64,000 nucleotides of DNA from Raillietiella orientalis (Eukaryota), in contig JAYWIR010000001.1 of the NCBI GenBank assembly GCA_036172245.1, forward strand, positions 1,488,001 to 1,552,000, read 5' to 3'. The notes beneath the pieces are model-generated. The model did no database searches, was not told the DNA's origin, and was given only the letters and a program-made list of their open reading frames with translations. Positions 1 through 11,915 of the stretch are shown here, in pieces; position 1 is the stretch's first letter, and every line of letters begins with the position of its first letter. Made by a program: the position numbers and the translations under genes.

Positions 1-760
1 TGGAACTGAAGCCAGATGTTCGCGAGGAACATTCTGGAATCCATACTTCTCCCGGGAACAGCGAGAGTCTGTTCCGGGCTAATTACGGACTCTGCCACTC
101 TAATCGCTCCGACCACGGTTTCGCCAGCAACTTGGCGTCCGCGTTCAACACGGTGATCGGATGCCAGTTGCTGAGGTTCCTTAGGTCTCCTCCCGAAGGG
201 AGAAGACTCATCCTCACTGATCGGAAGTAGGCGGGAACGTCACCTATCTCCCGAATCAGCAGCGTTAGGCACTGTACCAGGGTGTGCCCTGCTTGGTGCG
301 CCCCTCGAAGAACTCGTGGTCTCTTCCCTTTGCGTGGACACCTCCGTGTTCCCGCTCCTGTGGAAACAGGATGTTTTGCTGTTTCTTCACTTGGGGTTCT
401 AGTGCAACCAGCACAGGCACCTGGTTTCCGGGGGGTTACCTCCCCGGACTGTTTCAGGTGCGGGGTGATGGAGTAGTTCCTGCACCTCCTTTTGGACTTC
501 AGTGTCTTCGAGGACTTGTGGCGGAGACTGGCTGCGGCCTTCGTCGACCGCAGGACACTGGAAAAGACTTGCGGCGGCAATTCTTCACAGAAAGCGGACC
601 GCAGAAAGGCGCTGCAATCGCAGCCATCTGCTGCATCCGCGCCGTGGTGACAGTACTCCACGTGCTGGAGTCAGGTTTGCCGAGAAGAGAGATCATGGCA
701 GCAGCCATCATGAAGACAGCAGCAAGGTAGCCTCATCTGCGAGAAATCTCCAGGGAGATC
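1..760 (-). mobile_element. Decayed L1/Tx1-like non-LTR retrotransposon ORF2 fragment (linker and start of reverse transcriptase)
   Basis: ORF 83..661 ends SLLPSGGDLRNLSNWHPITVLNADAKLLAKPWSERL, matching the L1/Tx1 RT motif LIPKxGDxxxxxNWRPISLLNxDYKILAKxLxxRL. Upstream motifs are frameshifted. Confidence 0.8.
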
Positions 761-939
761 GCCACCGTCCAGAGTCGCTTCTAGAAAGGAAAGAACGTCT
801 TAAACCAAAGACCCCGTCTTTCCCTCTTTTTTTATTTATGTACTATCCCCTTCCTCCGTTTCCTACTTTTTGAAAGTGGGCTTGCGTGCCGGTGGTCATC
901 CCAATGAACTCTTTTTTTGGCATTTCTTGTTTTTGAGGC

Positions 940-1130
940 CCCCATTGACTGATCCTTTCGGAGACACCAGGATAGAGATTCCTTTAGAGATCCCTCCCCT
1001 AGCGTGAGAGGAACGGACTCCCTTCTCTGGATTCCTTCCTGGATTCATAGGATGGTACATCCCGGGGTACCCCCTATCTTGAAGAGCTGCACTCACCTTC
1101 CAGTGGCAGGGAACAGTGTTAAAGAACAAG
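940..1130 (+). repeat. Interspersed repeat family X, copy 1
   Basis: ccttcctggatt...cggggtacccc..t.tgaagag.tg..c.cacc...gtggc aligns with 45060-45165 and 48030-48135. Confidence 0.7.
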
Positions 1131-1139
1131 TCGGATGCT

Positions 1140-2215
1140 CGGATGCCCCACTGACTGGCTTATCTGATGACCGGAATCTGCAATCCTGTTTGTTCAGGAA
1201 GTTTGAAGGACTTCCCTCCCCCCCCCCCCTATTCGCAGCAACCCTTTCATCTGCTACCACAAACCCACATGAAGAAACACTTCCTACGAGCAACGCGCAC
1301 TGCTGCTGCGCTTCAGGCCCATTAGCAACCAGCATGCAGCTCCAACTTGTAGTTTGTTTTTATAAATAAACGTCCTGGAATAATCGAGTGAGAGCCTCTA
1401 GGGTAAGTACCAAGCAGAGCTGACGGCGTCTCTGCAACAGCTTAGCCAGGGAGGGGAAAGGGGGGGGGGGTCGAGATGAGTTTGCGCATCACGTCGACTT
1501 GACCGGGTCACCCCCTTCCACCCGATTAGCGGGTTAAGCAGGACGGAAATCAGCCGACGTCTCGAGCCGTCCCCAAATCCAGACCGGTTGAGTCGGAACG
1601 GATCCAGGAGCGCGTTTGCCCCGAAGTCCGAGGTCCCCCTTCCCTTTCAGATGGGGCCCTCGCCCAGAAGGACGACCCGACCTGGAATTAATATCTCGAA
1701 TATCAGACTCCTGAGAAGTGTTGGTGTAGGAAGCAGCGATGTCGAAGACCGTATCCCAGGAGATAGGAGACACACTTGGTGCAGCCCTCGAAGCGGGACT
1801 GCCGACAAAGATAATGGCTGGCCCCGGTCGATCCAATACTGGAGTTGCACGCTGGTTGCTAATGGGCCGGAAACTCAGCAGCAGCAGCAACAGTGCGCGT
1901 TGTTTCTTCATGTTGTAGGAGATGAAAGGGTTGCTGCTGCGAACAGGGGGAGAGAAAGTCCCTCAAACATCCTGAACAAACAAGATTGTGGATTCTGGTC
2001 ATCAGGAATGGTCACCCGGAGTCACGACCTCATGCCGAGAACGGGGGATGCGTTGTGGTGCTTAAGATGACGCTGGCTGGACTTTTAGGCTTCCTGCGCG
2101 GCGCTGGCTGGAAGCCGGATGCCCCCCACTGACTAACCAGCATGCAACCCCAATACTGCATCCACCGGTGCCAGCCATCATCTTTGCCGACAGTCTCGCT
2201 TCGAGAGCTCCAATT
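1140..2215. repeat. Local three-copy repeat in forward/reverse/forward arrangement (1140-1345, 1780-2005, 2116-2215)
   Basis: 1840-2005 is the reverse complement of about 1165-1345. 2116-2215 joins ggatgcccc-cactgact directly to aaccagcatgca and continues as the reverse complement of 1780-1858. Confidence 0.85.
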
Positions 2216-3699
2216 CTTTCGGGGGAAAAGTCAGCTACGTGACCATGAGCGACCTCAGCGCCAGGAGCTTCAGCGAGACCTTTTCGAAACTTTCTTCGGA
2301 AAGGGGGCACGAGATGAGGGAAGTCCCCTCCTCCCTTTAGGATCCTCGGAGGCGGTGCTCTACCGAAGCAGCTGCATTTGCAGAGGAAGAAGAAGCAGGG
2401 CAGGGCAGCAGCGGGCGGACGTCGTCGCGGGACTCGGGAAAAAACGCGCCACCACCTCGAGCTGTCCACGATGGCGGAGCCGGTTGCTTGTTTGTCCGAG
2501 GATCACCACGTCGCGAGCAGCAGCGGCCGGCTGGAAAGGACAGGAACGCCGTCTGCTGCTGTTTTCCTCCCTCGCAAAAAAAAAAAAAAAAAAAGATAGA
2601 AAGCTGCATTGTCTGGTGAGACAGAGTTCCTCAAGATCCAACGAGTTTGATAACTCAATAATGGGTGTCGGATTTCAGCAAGTGAAAGCTGCTGCCCGTA
2701 GAATTCATCCGCGCGGTGTTGAAACCCGACCTCTTCCCAGGGATGGCCGTGGTGGTGGAACCCGACGTGTTCGCATGTTGTCATTGAAAACCGTGGCGCG
2801 GAAATTCCGACGGCGCGGAGCATTTGATTTTAGAATGGACTTGGGGGGGGGGGGGGGGGAGAGAGCACCGCTTCCGTTCAGTTGTAGGCAGTGGTGGTAG
2901 TGTGTGTGTGTGTGACCGCTAGGCGGGCGAGTTGAGTTGACTCGTGGACAGGTTCGTCTCGGACGTTTCCGCGGATACGCCGGACGGGCGTATTCGTCTT
3001 CTCGTCGCCGCAGGAGGAAAAGGGAACTGGAAGGCGACGGCCTGGGACTTTTGCAGGGGAGGCGCGGGGGCGGCGAAAGCCCGAATTTCCTCTCTCTCTC
3101 TCTCTCTCTTTCTCCCGGAGGAGGTTTTCCGTCTCTCCGTGGAATCCTTCCGCTTTTCCTCCTTCCTGCAACAGCTTAGCCAGGGAGGGGCGAAGGACTT
3201 CGGCGAAGATTTCAGTCCCCAGCTTCGTTCTTCTTTCAGCTGCCTCCGTACCCTCCGGATTTATTGACGGAGGGAGAGGGGAGGGGATTGTTCAGCAGCC
3301 GATGCCGGCTGCCACCGCTCGAAAAGGCCGAGAAACGCAAGGCCATGGGCGCGAACCGGCTTGATTTGTGGAAGGACTAGCGTACGCCGGGAGTTGGCAG
3401 GCGCCGTCGCTCGGACCTGCACATTCGACATCCCTGGAGTTCATCCATAAATTTTCCGTTCCTGCTAGCGTCCATTAATCGGTTTTTTTTTTTGTTGTTG
3501 TTTCCCCTCCTCCTCCCTGAGCCTGCTCCATCAGCACGTAAGATGGCTACCGCGCTTGCGTTCCCGGCAGCGCGCGATTCCTTCGTGCCGCCAGATTGGG
3601 TGGCAACCGACCGTAACTACGAATCGTGGATGAAGAGGCGAGGAGAATCGAGAAGCGCAACTGAAGGCAGGTCCAGCGCTGCGATGCTGCCAATGGAAA

Positions 3700-3990
3700 G
3701 TGGAGTCCGGTCCAGCGAACTCAGCAACTCAGGAACCGTTCGTCTGGGAGCTCATGAAAGCTCTTTAATGCTGTCCACGCCATCCGAGGGTGCGTGTTGA
3801 CCCTTAGAGTCATATGTGGTGATCCCGGAGGGGCCACCCTATGGGTTCAGGAAGGTTCACGCTTGGTAGGGGGACCTGGAAAGGAGCTGCCCCTTGTTTC
3901 CACTCCTTAAGGGAGGAAAACAACTGGAGGGAAACGCCGAACGAAACTGTCTCCTTGGTGGCCTGGGAGGGACCCCGGAGGGTCAACTGC
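3700..3990 (-). repeat. Interspersed repeat family X, copy 2 (inverted)
   Basis: Reverse complement (..acacgcaccctcggatggcgtgga..aaagagctttcatgagctcc..gaacggttcctgagt) aligns with 45060-45200. Confidence 0.7.
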
Positions 3991-4034
3991 TGATCCCGGC
4001 CAGTCGAAGGGGGCAGCCTACTTCTCCCAGTGCC

Positions 4035-4165
4035 GCACCCCGAATAGGCTAGAGTGAGTCATTCTGCGGGGAGGACTCGAAACCCATGATTCCGGACGGG
4101 ATTCGAATTCGCGACGTTCTGTGTCACGCGCAAAGACCTCAGGTACTCGGCCACCGCCAACGCAT
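4035..4165 (-). mobile_element. tRNA-derived SINE-like element head, copy 1
   Basis: Minus strand has A-box-like GGTGGCCGAGT (about 4145-4155) and B-box-like TTCGAATCCC (about 4098-4107), followed by gggtttcgagtcc..ccccgcag, which is shared with 43547-43573. Confidence 0.6.
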
Positions 4166-4189
4166 CTCCGTCTCGATGCGACGCTGGAA

Positions 4190-4470
4190 TCTGCCGCACC
4201 TCTGTCCAAAGACTTCCAGGGTCCTTCCGGGAATCAAGGAGTCCTTTGGGGTCCCCTTCCGGGTGTGAGATGGAGTCGTTACCATGGAGCTGGTTGATAC
4301 CCTCCTCGAGGGTCGCCTCTCTGGAGTGTCAGGAGCTCACCTCTCCCTTTCGGGTTCTCTCCGGAGGAGGAAGAGGGAGCGGATCCTTTCCGGGTTCCCT
4401 TCGGAGAGAAGGAAGAGCTTCCCTTCGAGGTTCCCTCCCACGAGCAAGAGTACTTGAAGAGTTGCTCCAG
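4190..4470 (+). repeat. Interspersed repeat family X, copy 3
   Basis: ccatggagctggttgataccc (4282-4302) is identical to 47800-47820. gagcggatcctttccgggt is shared with about 45012-45030. Confidence 0.75.
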
Positions 4471-4999
4471 CAAGCTTTTCAGGGCTGGAAGATGGTTGCA
4501 GCTGTCGGATGCTGCTTGAGAACACCAAAGGACCTCGCCCCAAACCCTAAGCTTCCCTTGGGACCATGGCAACGTGACGTGTGCCTTCTCGCCGCCTTGA
4601 AGTGAACGTTCCGTTTGTACACTTTATTTTATTTTATTTTATTTTTCGTCCCCACTTTACTGTGAAGACTTCCGTGCTGAAGATCGAGGAAGACGTGGAG
4701 AGCAGGGGAAATTCTCCAGAAGTGCCACGGGGACGCCCTGCGCCAGATTCGAAGTCTCTGTCTCCAGCAGCGCAGCACTGCAAGAACCTTCCGGTCCTAT
4801 TGACACCGAACTCCGTCCAAAGTCCCCCCCCTTCCCCCAATCCTCGATTGCTGCTCCAATTCGAATTCTTCCACGGGGAAATCACGAGAGCCAGGGGGCA
4901 AAAGATGGCTCCTCCGATGTGCCATGTCGGATGTCTGGAGACGATGGAAACCCCGAAGCATCGTAAGAAACACACACGCGTCCTTATTCTACATGGATC

Positions 5000-5410
5000 A
5001 ATGTGCAAATTTATTTCACATTTACGAACATATGTATTATTAACTATAACGTTATTGGAACGTATATATTTATTAACATACACTTTATAAATATAATTCA
5101 TAAGTTGTTGATTATATTATCGACATACATATATGAAAGATAATGAAAAATAAATATATATGTTTATCGTATATATTAATAGACATATTTATATAAATAT
5201 TAATAATGTATGGATTAATATATATTACGAAGATTATAGTAAATAAATATATGAGCTTATTATACATGGATATACATATACATAATATAAATATAAATAT
5301 ATCGGGGTACAAGGTATGACTATATACGTATACATATTCGTATACATGTTTGTATACTAATATGTATAGGTATAAGTATGCATACATACATATGCATACT
5401 TATATTACTT
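5000..5410. repeat. Degenerate TA-rich low-complexity tract
   Basis: About 400 bp of tatata/tacata-like sequence in a GC-rich background. Confidence 0.85.
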
Positions 5411-5449
5411 GCGCTTCATTTTCAGAGTTAACAGCTACAACAGTGCCAG

Positions 5450-6570
5450 TGAAAGGTGTGACCCTTCTGGCTCTACCCCATCTCCTACTCTTCCTTCCCG
5501 GCCATGGGATTTGCGTTACGAGGGATGACTGCACGTCAGGTTGCGTTCGTCGGGACGTCCTGCAGGCTGCACTTCGGCGACCGGGATGCGCTCCTCTTCG
5601 TGAGGTGATCGCAGGTGCTGGGCGTCATCCAATCAAGGCCTCGAGGAGGCAGGGGTCAACGGTGAGTTGTCTCGTGTCATCGGCGCGTACTCGTGGGCCG
5701 CCCAGTTTGCAGTGGATGGACTGCTTGCTCCGTCGCTGGGGTAACCAAGTTTTCCCCAAAGTTCCAACGCCAACGATGGCGGTCAGCACCATCGCACCGA
5801 CTCTTTTCTTGGACTGCTGGCTGGAGGCATCTCGGCATTGGACACTTTCTTGTTCCCGACGGCGCTGAGGACTTCCCCCACCCCCCTCCCGTTCCCCGAA
5901 GGGCCAGCTACGAGGGGTCAGCGTCATCATCCTGTTGCCCTCTTGCGATGCGAGATCCAGCCTCAGAGCTGAACCGGGACGAGAGACGGGCGCGGACTCC
6001 GCTTCCCGCCTTGGAGTCGCCACCGCCGCCTCTCTGACCCCGTCCATGGTCGCACCGTGCCTGGCCGTGTGCGAACGGGCACGCTTCTCGTCCCGGAGGC
6101 CACGGCGGCGTCCGGAGAGACCAGCCTCCCTTCTTCTGGCAACTCCTCTTCTCGGAGGCGGCTGGAGCCCTGCAGTGGACGAATCCCCAGTCGCGCGGGC
6201 TGCCTCGGGTGGCCCTCATCTGCGCGAGAGTGGGCGCCGCGCGCGTCTTCTTTCTATCCGGATGCTGCTGATCCACCAGGCGTCGCCGTGCCTCCTCGCG
6301 TTGTGCAGCAGCTCTTGCGGAGGAGCAACGTTTCCTCCAAGGATCCTTTCGCCGACCCGAATCGTCGGATCTTTTCCTTCCGAGCTGCTCCCGATCTTAA
6401 CGAGGTTTGTCTTCCGATGGTCCAGGAGCTCCGTACATCCGCACTTGCCCTAAAAGACTCCCCGAGTGCGTCGCCCCACCTGCCAGGACCCTCCCTTCGT
6501 GCGTGGCAAGGGAATCATCTCCATCGCCACCTTGCGGGGAGTTCATCGGACCCGGCGGCATTGTCCAGTG
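5450..6570 (-). mobile_element. Heavily decayed L1/Tx1-like ORF2 3' fragment (zinc-knuckle region)
   Basis: Minus translation HCKLGGPRVRADDTRQLTVDPC loosely parallels the better-preserved zinc knuckle at 44100-44240. Confidence 0.3.
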
Positions 6571-6908
6571 GCGGTCAAATTTTCTTTTGGTTTTTTTTTC
6601 TTTTCCACAATCATTTCGGTCTTTATTAGTTTATTTTTTTAAAAACAATTCGCTATTTACATAATCATTTAATATGTATAACAAGCACATGCATTTCTTT
6701 TTCATGATCTTTGTAATGTATTAATCTTAATATGAAGACATATAGTAAGCATAATAATTTTTTTATAATCTTCGATATACATATCAATAATATAAGCAAC
6801 AGCCTATTAATTGTTTGAACAAAATGCATGTTTATGAATATTTCTGTTCCAATAATATCACTGTAAACACTACGTGTGTTAATGCATATGAATAATTATG
6901 TATATTAA

Positions 6909-7464
6909 CCCTTTGGGTGCGGAGCTCGTCGGATGGAAACGTCCTGCGTTGACGGCACGCGAGTCGCAGTGGCGACCTCTGTGGACGCACTGCCCTTTCG
7001 CGTTCCGCGTGCGCCATCAGCGGTGCCACCGATTGACTTTTTACAAAGTGCTGACTTTACGAAGCTGCCATTGGAGTTGTTCATTTGCACCGCATTAGAT
7101 GAAAAAATTTTTCGCTTCTCCCAAACACATGTTGTTCATTTAGAAATTCTAATTCCAATCCAATCGAAAACTCATTCCCATTTTTAAGACATCGCAGAGG
7201 TGAAAAACACACTGTGATGAATTCCGTACGACACCGAGAAAAACCGGCGAACGGTCAGAAGATATGAGTGGCATTTCGTTTACTGTCGTCGCCAAGGGAA
7301 CGATAAGAAATGGTAAGAAGTGCATGCGTCCATCTCAAACATGGAGAGTGTTCACTTTTGGCGCGTGCACGAGGCAAAAGCAGTTGTCAGACGCATAGAT
7401 GCGTCCATAGCGCACGGTGATAGTTTCCGTCGGACGCATCCATGCGTCCATAGCACTCAAAGGG
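6909..7464. mobile_element. Non-autonomous piggyBac-type element (MITE)
   Basis: TTAA at 6905-6908 and 7465-7468 (target duplication). Terminal inverted repeats CCCTTTGGGTGC / GCACTCAAAGGG (1 mismatch). Subterminal atgcgtccatagc repeated. No transposase ORF. Confidence 0.85.
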
Positions 7465-7549
7465 TTAAAACAAATGTGTACGTGTGTGTGTGTGTTTTCG
7501 ATGACCCTTCGGTATTTCGGACGATCCCACTCGAGGAACTCCTCATAGA

Positions 7550-9850
7550 GAATGGAACACTCTGCGCGAGGTGGTCAATGGAACGTCCACGTCAGCAAGA
7601 GCGAAGCTGAGAAGATTCTTGCGCGAAAGACAGCGCCAAATCGCGATCAGCCAGGAGCGCCACGGGCAAGAAACAGCATTTTCGATTTGCGACCTCCGCG
7701 CAGGCATCGCTGAATTCGTTTCGGCCAGAAGTCCTTTAGGGAACGGTCCGTAGCCATTTCCATGGCATGAGGACAGCACTCGGAATGGCGGACGGGACTC
7801 GGCAGCAGACTCAACAAGAGGGAGCTCTCCAGCGCAGACTTTCTTCGTGGGAAGATGGAACGGCAGTCGTTGGGAGGAGGAGGCGTCCAGAGAGACCCGA
7901 GAGCGGAATCTTCCCTTGCTCTGTAGCCAACGTCGGCTCAAGAGCTGCTGCATTCGGCAGGAATTGGGAAGCTGAGAAAGCCGCCTCTCCTGGCCGGAAG
8001 CCGGCTGCCAGCTGAGTACCAGCGAGCAAACAGGAGGCTGCAGTGGGATCCAAGCAGGGGGCGAGTCTCAAAGGCTGAGGTTTTCGTGCGTTCCGGGACG
8101 GAGCCAGAGAGAGCGCTGGTGCCAAGAACCGGGAAGGCCGCCACATGCCCCGCGCTGAAAGTGAGGCTTCGGATAAACAAATAGGACGGGGGACACCGCG
8201 AGCGGGGCTTCACTAAGAGATCGGCCAGGTGGCCGAGAACGGAAAGCCAAGTCCGGGAGGGAACTCACGCTCTTCGGCCCCTGCTCCTCCCTACCTTGCG
8301 GTGAGGCGGCCACGAGCTGCTCCAGACCTCAGTCTCCTTTTTGCGCGATGTTGATCTAATGAGAGGCCGAGAAGAAGGTTGGGAGTTTGGCCAAGCAAAA
8401 GAACCAACCTCTTCCGACTAGCCATCCCATGCTCAGACGACCAAGACGACTGACGGTCACCCCTGGAGGGGCTGGTGAATCCTGTGTGGTGGTGGTGGTG
8501 GTAAGAAGGAGCAAGGAAGAGGAAGGGAAGACGTGGAGGAAGGGAGGAAGAAGGGGGGAGGAGGAGGAGAAAGAAGAGTTCCCGAAATCTCCCCATGCCA
8601 AGTCCCCATCATCACCACCTCCCGATTCCGGCCGGAGCTCTTCTTGAGGGTGGCTGCCTTGCACGTCTCCACGCTTAGGCGAGCGAAGCCACACCCCTCC
8701 GGCTCCAGCCCCGAGAGGCCCCCCCCCCCCCCCCCCCACTCTCTCCGGCTGTTGGCGTCGGCCTTTTCCCGGAGCAGCTTGCGCGAGCATCTCCAGGGCG
8801 CCACCCTTCCGCCGGCCCGGCTGCGCTGCGGGGGAAATCCCGCCCGCTGCCACGCGCGCCCACCGGCGCCTCCAGCCAGGTCGAACCCGATCCTCCGCCG
8901 CATTGTTCGGCCGAGAGGGACACAGAAACGCGCGCGCGCTCACAAAGGAATGCGACAAGACCTCAAGGGATCGAGTTTGCGGGAGTTACCATTATTTTTG
9001 TAAGGAAAAACCACGGCAGCGGCTCTCCTGCGCCTGCGCGCGAGCGTGCGTGTCTCTCCTCCTCCTCTTCCTCCCCCCCTCGTCCCGCCTCGCCTGCCCG
9101 GCCCTGTCTCCCTCTCTGCCTTCTCGTCGGAGTGGAAAGGAAAAGAAATATGGAGACAGCGGCAGGTTGGGGATACAGGGGAGCAGAGACGGGGGGCGGC
9201 AGAGGACAAACTTTCAGCAGAAAACTCCTGCATCCTTCAGATTTATGACGCTGAGAATTTCCCTGCTCTGGGAATGGAGCCTTCCCCCTGGCGCTGTATG
9301 GGCCGCGGTGGACCTATCGTCTTACAAGAGGGCTATCGTCCACGTCGCCATCCTCCTCCTCCTCTTCCCACATCCCCGCATTCCACCTCTTCCTCCTCGT
9401 CTTCCTTTACTCTTCTTCCTCCTTTCCTCTTCTCTCCCTCCTCCTTTCATCCCTCTTCTCATTCCTTCTCTCCTCCTCTTCGTTTTCCTCTTCTTCCTCC
9501 TCCTTTTCTTCCCTTCCCTCTTCTCATCCTTCTCTTCCTTTCCTTCTCCTTCTATTCCTCCCTTCTTTCTCTCTTCCTGCGTTCCTTCTCCCTTCCTCTC
9601 GTCTCCCTCTTCTTCTTCCCTTCCTCCCCCTCATCACCGCCACCACTGCCACCGCCATTCCCAATGGGTTGCCTTTCATTTTCTTCGCCTGAGGCCGGAG
9701 CTCTCCCGCTATCCTACTCTTGTCCCCCGTCCCGGAGGAATAGCAGGGCGCGTGAGAGCGATGGGGTCTCTCGCCGGGCGGCAGCTCGAGGGGTTCGAGG
9801 GGGACCTCGGAGCGGCTTTGCGCTGGAGTTGCGCATGGGGCGCTCGCGGG
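7550..9850 (+). mobile_element. Decayed L1/Tx1-like ORF2 (APE endonuclease through mid-RT), interrupted by low-complexity tracts
   Basis: VVNGTSTSARAKLRRFLRERQRQIAISQERH resembles the APE start NxNG...L..FL....I..LQETH. It is followed in order by SVAI, WAAVDLSSYKRAIVH (LDxEKAFDRVxH-like), NGLPFIF and RVRAMGSL...LRWSCA (VNG...VRQGCP-like). Confidence 0.5.
9345..9660 (+). repeat. Polypyrimidine (TCC/TTC/CT) tract
   Basis: About 300 bp almost purely C/T on the + strand. Confidence 0.9.
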
Positions 9851-10989
9851 TAGGCGTGGCCGTGCAGTGATCCCGGGACTCGTCCCCCGGGGAGGGAAGG
9901 AGGGAAGGGGACGCCCGACCGAGCGGAGCGACGCTGTCGGATGTCGCCGGGACCAGAGTGCGGTCCGCGGCGGCAGCCTCGTTCCCGGCTCCCGCGGTCT
10001 CCCGCCGCTCAGCCTTTTCACGCGCGGGAGCTCCCCCCGCGGCTCGCCCGCGCGGCGCGCGTCCGGACGGACACCCGACGCGCATTGTCCGCCCCTTCCG
10101 CACGGCTGCGCCCCATCGCCCCGCCCTTTTGTTTCTGCGCGTTCTCGCCTCCACAAACCGCAGCAAGGGTTCGCTCCATCCCCATTCTTCTCCTCCTCCC
10201 CATCCCGGTAATCCCTCCTCCCCCCTCCGAGAAGGACAAAAAAAAAAATGATGAAACGTGAAGACGTCGCGAGGAGGACGAGCAGCTCTTGCCCATTTTG
10301 CCGCTCGTCCCGCGGGCCGCTGCAATTAGGAGGGCGTCTCTGAGGTCTCCATTGTCGGGACGGCACGCTGACCGCATTGTCGCGCCCCTTTTGTGAGCGT
10401 CCCTTCCCCTCTCCCCTCTCCCTCGAGTGCTCTCTCGCGAGCCACTTGCAGAGCGTCTCCCCTTCCTCCCTTCGTTCGGAGGTGACGCCGCGGATGGGCC
10501 ATCCCGTCCTCGCGCCTCGCCCTCGTCGGTGGCGCCGAAGGAAGGACGCGAGAGAACTCTCCCGACCGGTCCCGCCCTTGAGGAATGGGAACAAGGGAAA
10601 GACCCCTTGCTGTGCGCGCGGCTGAGGGTTCCCCTCTGCCCCTAGGGGCATCTTCGCTGCGCGGGCCTCGGGGCAAGGGTCGTCCGCCAGCCCTTCCTCC
10701 TGCTCTACCAGGGGAAGTGTCCAGGGCGAAATCTCCGGGACGGCCGCGGAGGCGGAAGAGGGGGCGCCTCGGTGCGCCCGTGCTCCAGCAGCGACGGCAG
10801 CTTTCAGTTCACGCGCCCGACCTCCAGAGAGGGCCGGTGAGGGCACGCAACGCACGTTCCCTGCCTTCAGCCCTTTCGGCTCGCCTCGACCCGTGCCCGC
10901 GCGGACGCAGGCGTGGCAACAGCGACTCCTCCTTTCCTGGAGTCTTGCAGTAGCGACAGTTCTTGCACAGAGTCCACCTGGAGGAAGAG

Positions 10990-11130
10990 GTTCTTCCCTT
11001 CACTTCACTTCTTCCTCCTCCTTTCCTCTTCCATTCCTCTTCTTCCTCCACTACCATCATCTCCGAGTCTCTTTCGCTTCCTCCTCCACTCCATCTTCCT
11101 CCTCTTCCTCTTCTTCTTCCTCCCTCTCTA
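10990..11130 (+). repeat. Polypyrimidine (TCC/TTC) tract
   Basis: Mixed cttcct/cttctt units. Confidence 0.85.
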
Positions 11131-11639
11131 GAATGGGGTCAAGCTCCCCCTCGGTGCCCCCCCTTTCCGTTTCCTGGGCGCGCGGAATGAGGAACCCCCA
11201 CATCTCCCAGGACAGCTGTTCCAACAAAACGTGACCGAAGGCGGGTCATCGCTTTGTTGACAAAAAGGATCCACCCTTAAGGATGGGAGTGCTCTTCTTG
11301 CGGAGAAGAAAAGAGAAACTCCAAAGTCTTAGCTTGGGTTTGTCGGCGTGGACCGGAGAGCAAGGAAATTCCTTGGTCCGGGAAAAGGTGAAGCCCGGCC
11401 GGGCATCCACCCTCATCTCGGGTCCTCTCCCGGCCGCCGGCGTTCCGTTTCCGCATCCCGAGGTCCACTTGGCCATCTAGTGGTTCCCGAAACGGAAACA
11501 GGAGTTTCAACTGCAGTAACCAAACCTGCTGACGCTTGGAGAATGACAGATTTCGATGATTCGGAGCTCTTCTGTTCTTCACCATGTGATCTTTGGAAAA
11601 CGAAAGTCATTCACCCTTCTTGGATGGGCCTCCCTCTTT

Positions 11640-11915
11640 TTCGATGGCCTCCTCGTCCTTCTTTTCTTCCCTTCCTCTTCATCTTCCTTTTCCCTTCCTC
11701 CTCTTCTTCTTTCGTTTTCCCTTGTCTTCCTCCCTTTCTGCTGTCCTTTTTTTCTCTACCTTCTCTATTCCTTTTCTTCCTTTCTTCTTCTCTTCTCCTT
11801 TCCTCTTCATCTTCCTCTTCCTACTCCTTTCCACCTTCTCGTTTCTTCCTCCTCCTTCTTCTCTTCCCTTCCTCTTCCTCTTTTTCCCTTTCGCCTCCCT
11901 TTCCTTCTCTTTCAG
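11640..11915 (+). repeat. Polypyrimidine tract
   Basis: About 275 bp C/T-rich stretch within the LINE fossil. Confidence 0.9.

Noticed and set aside
4035..4165. Functional tRNA gene
   Set aside because: A/B boxes are present but no convincing cloverleaf; related degenerate copies indicate a SINE.
9524..10855. 443-aa minus-strand ORF and overlapping long ORFs
   Set aside because: Low-complexity R/G/A/P-rich translation expected from GC-rich, stop-poor DNA; no domain motifs.
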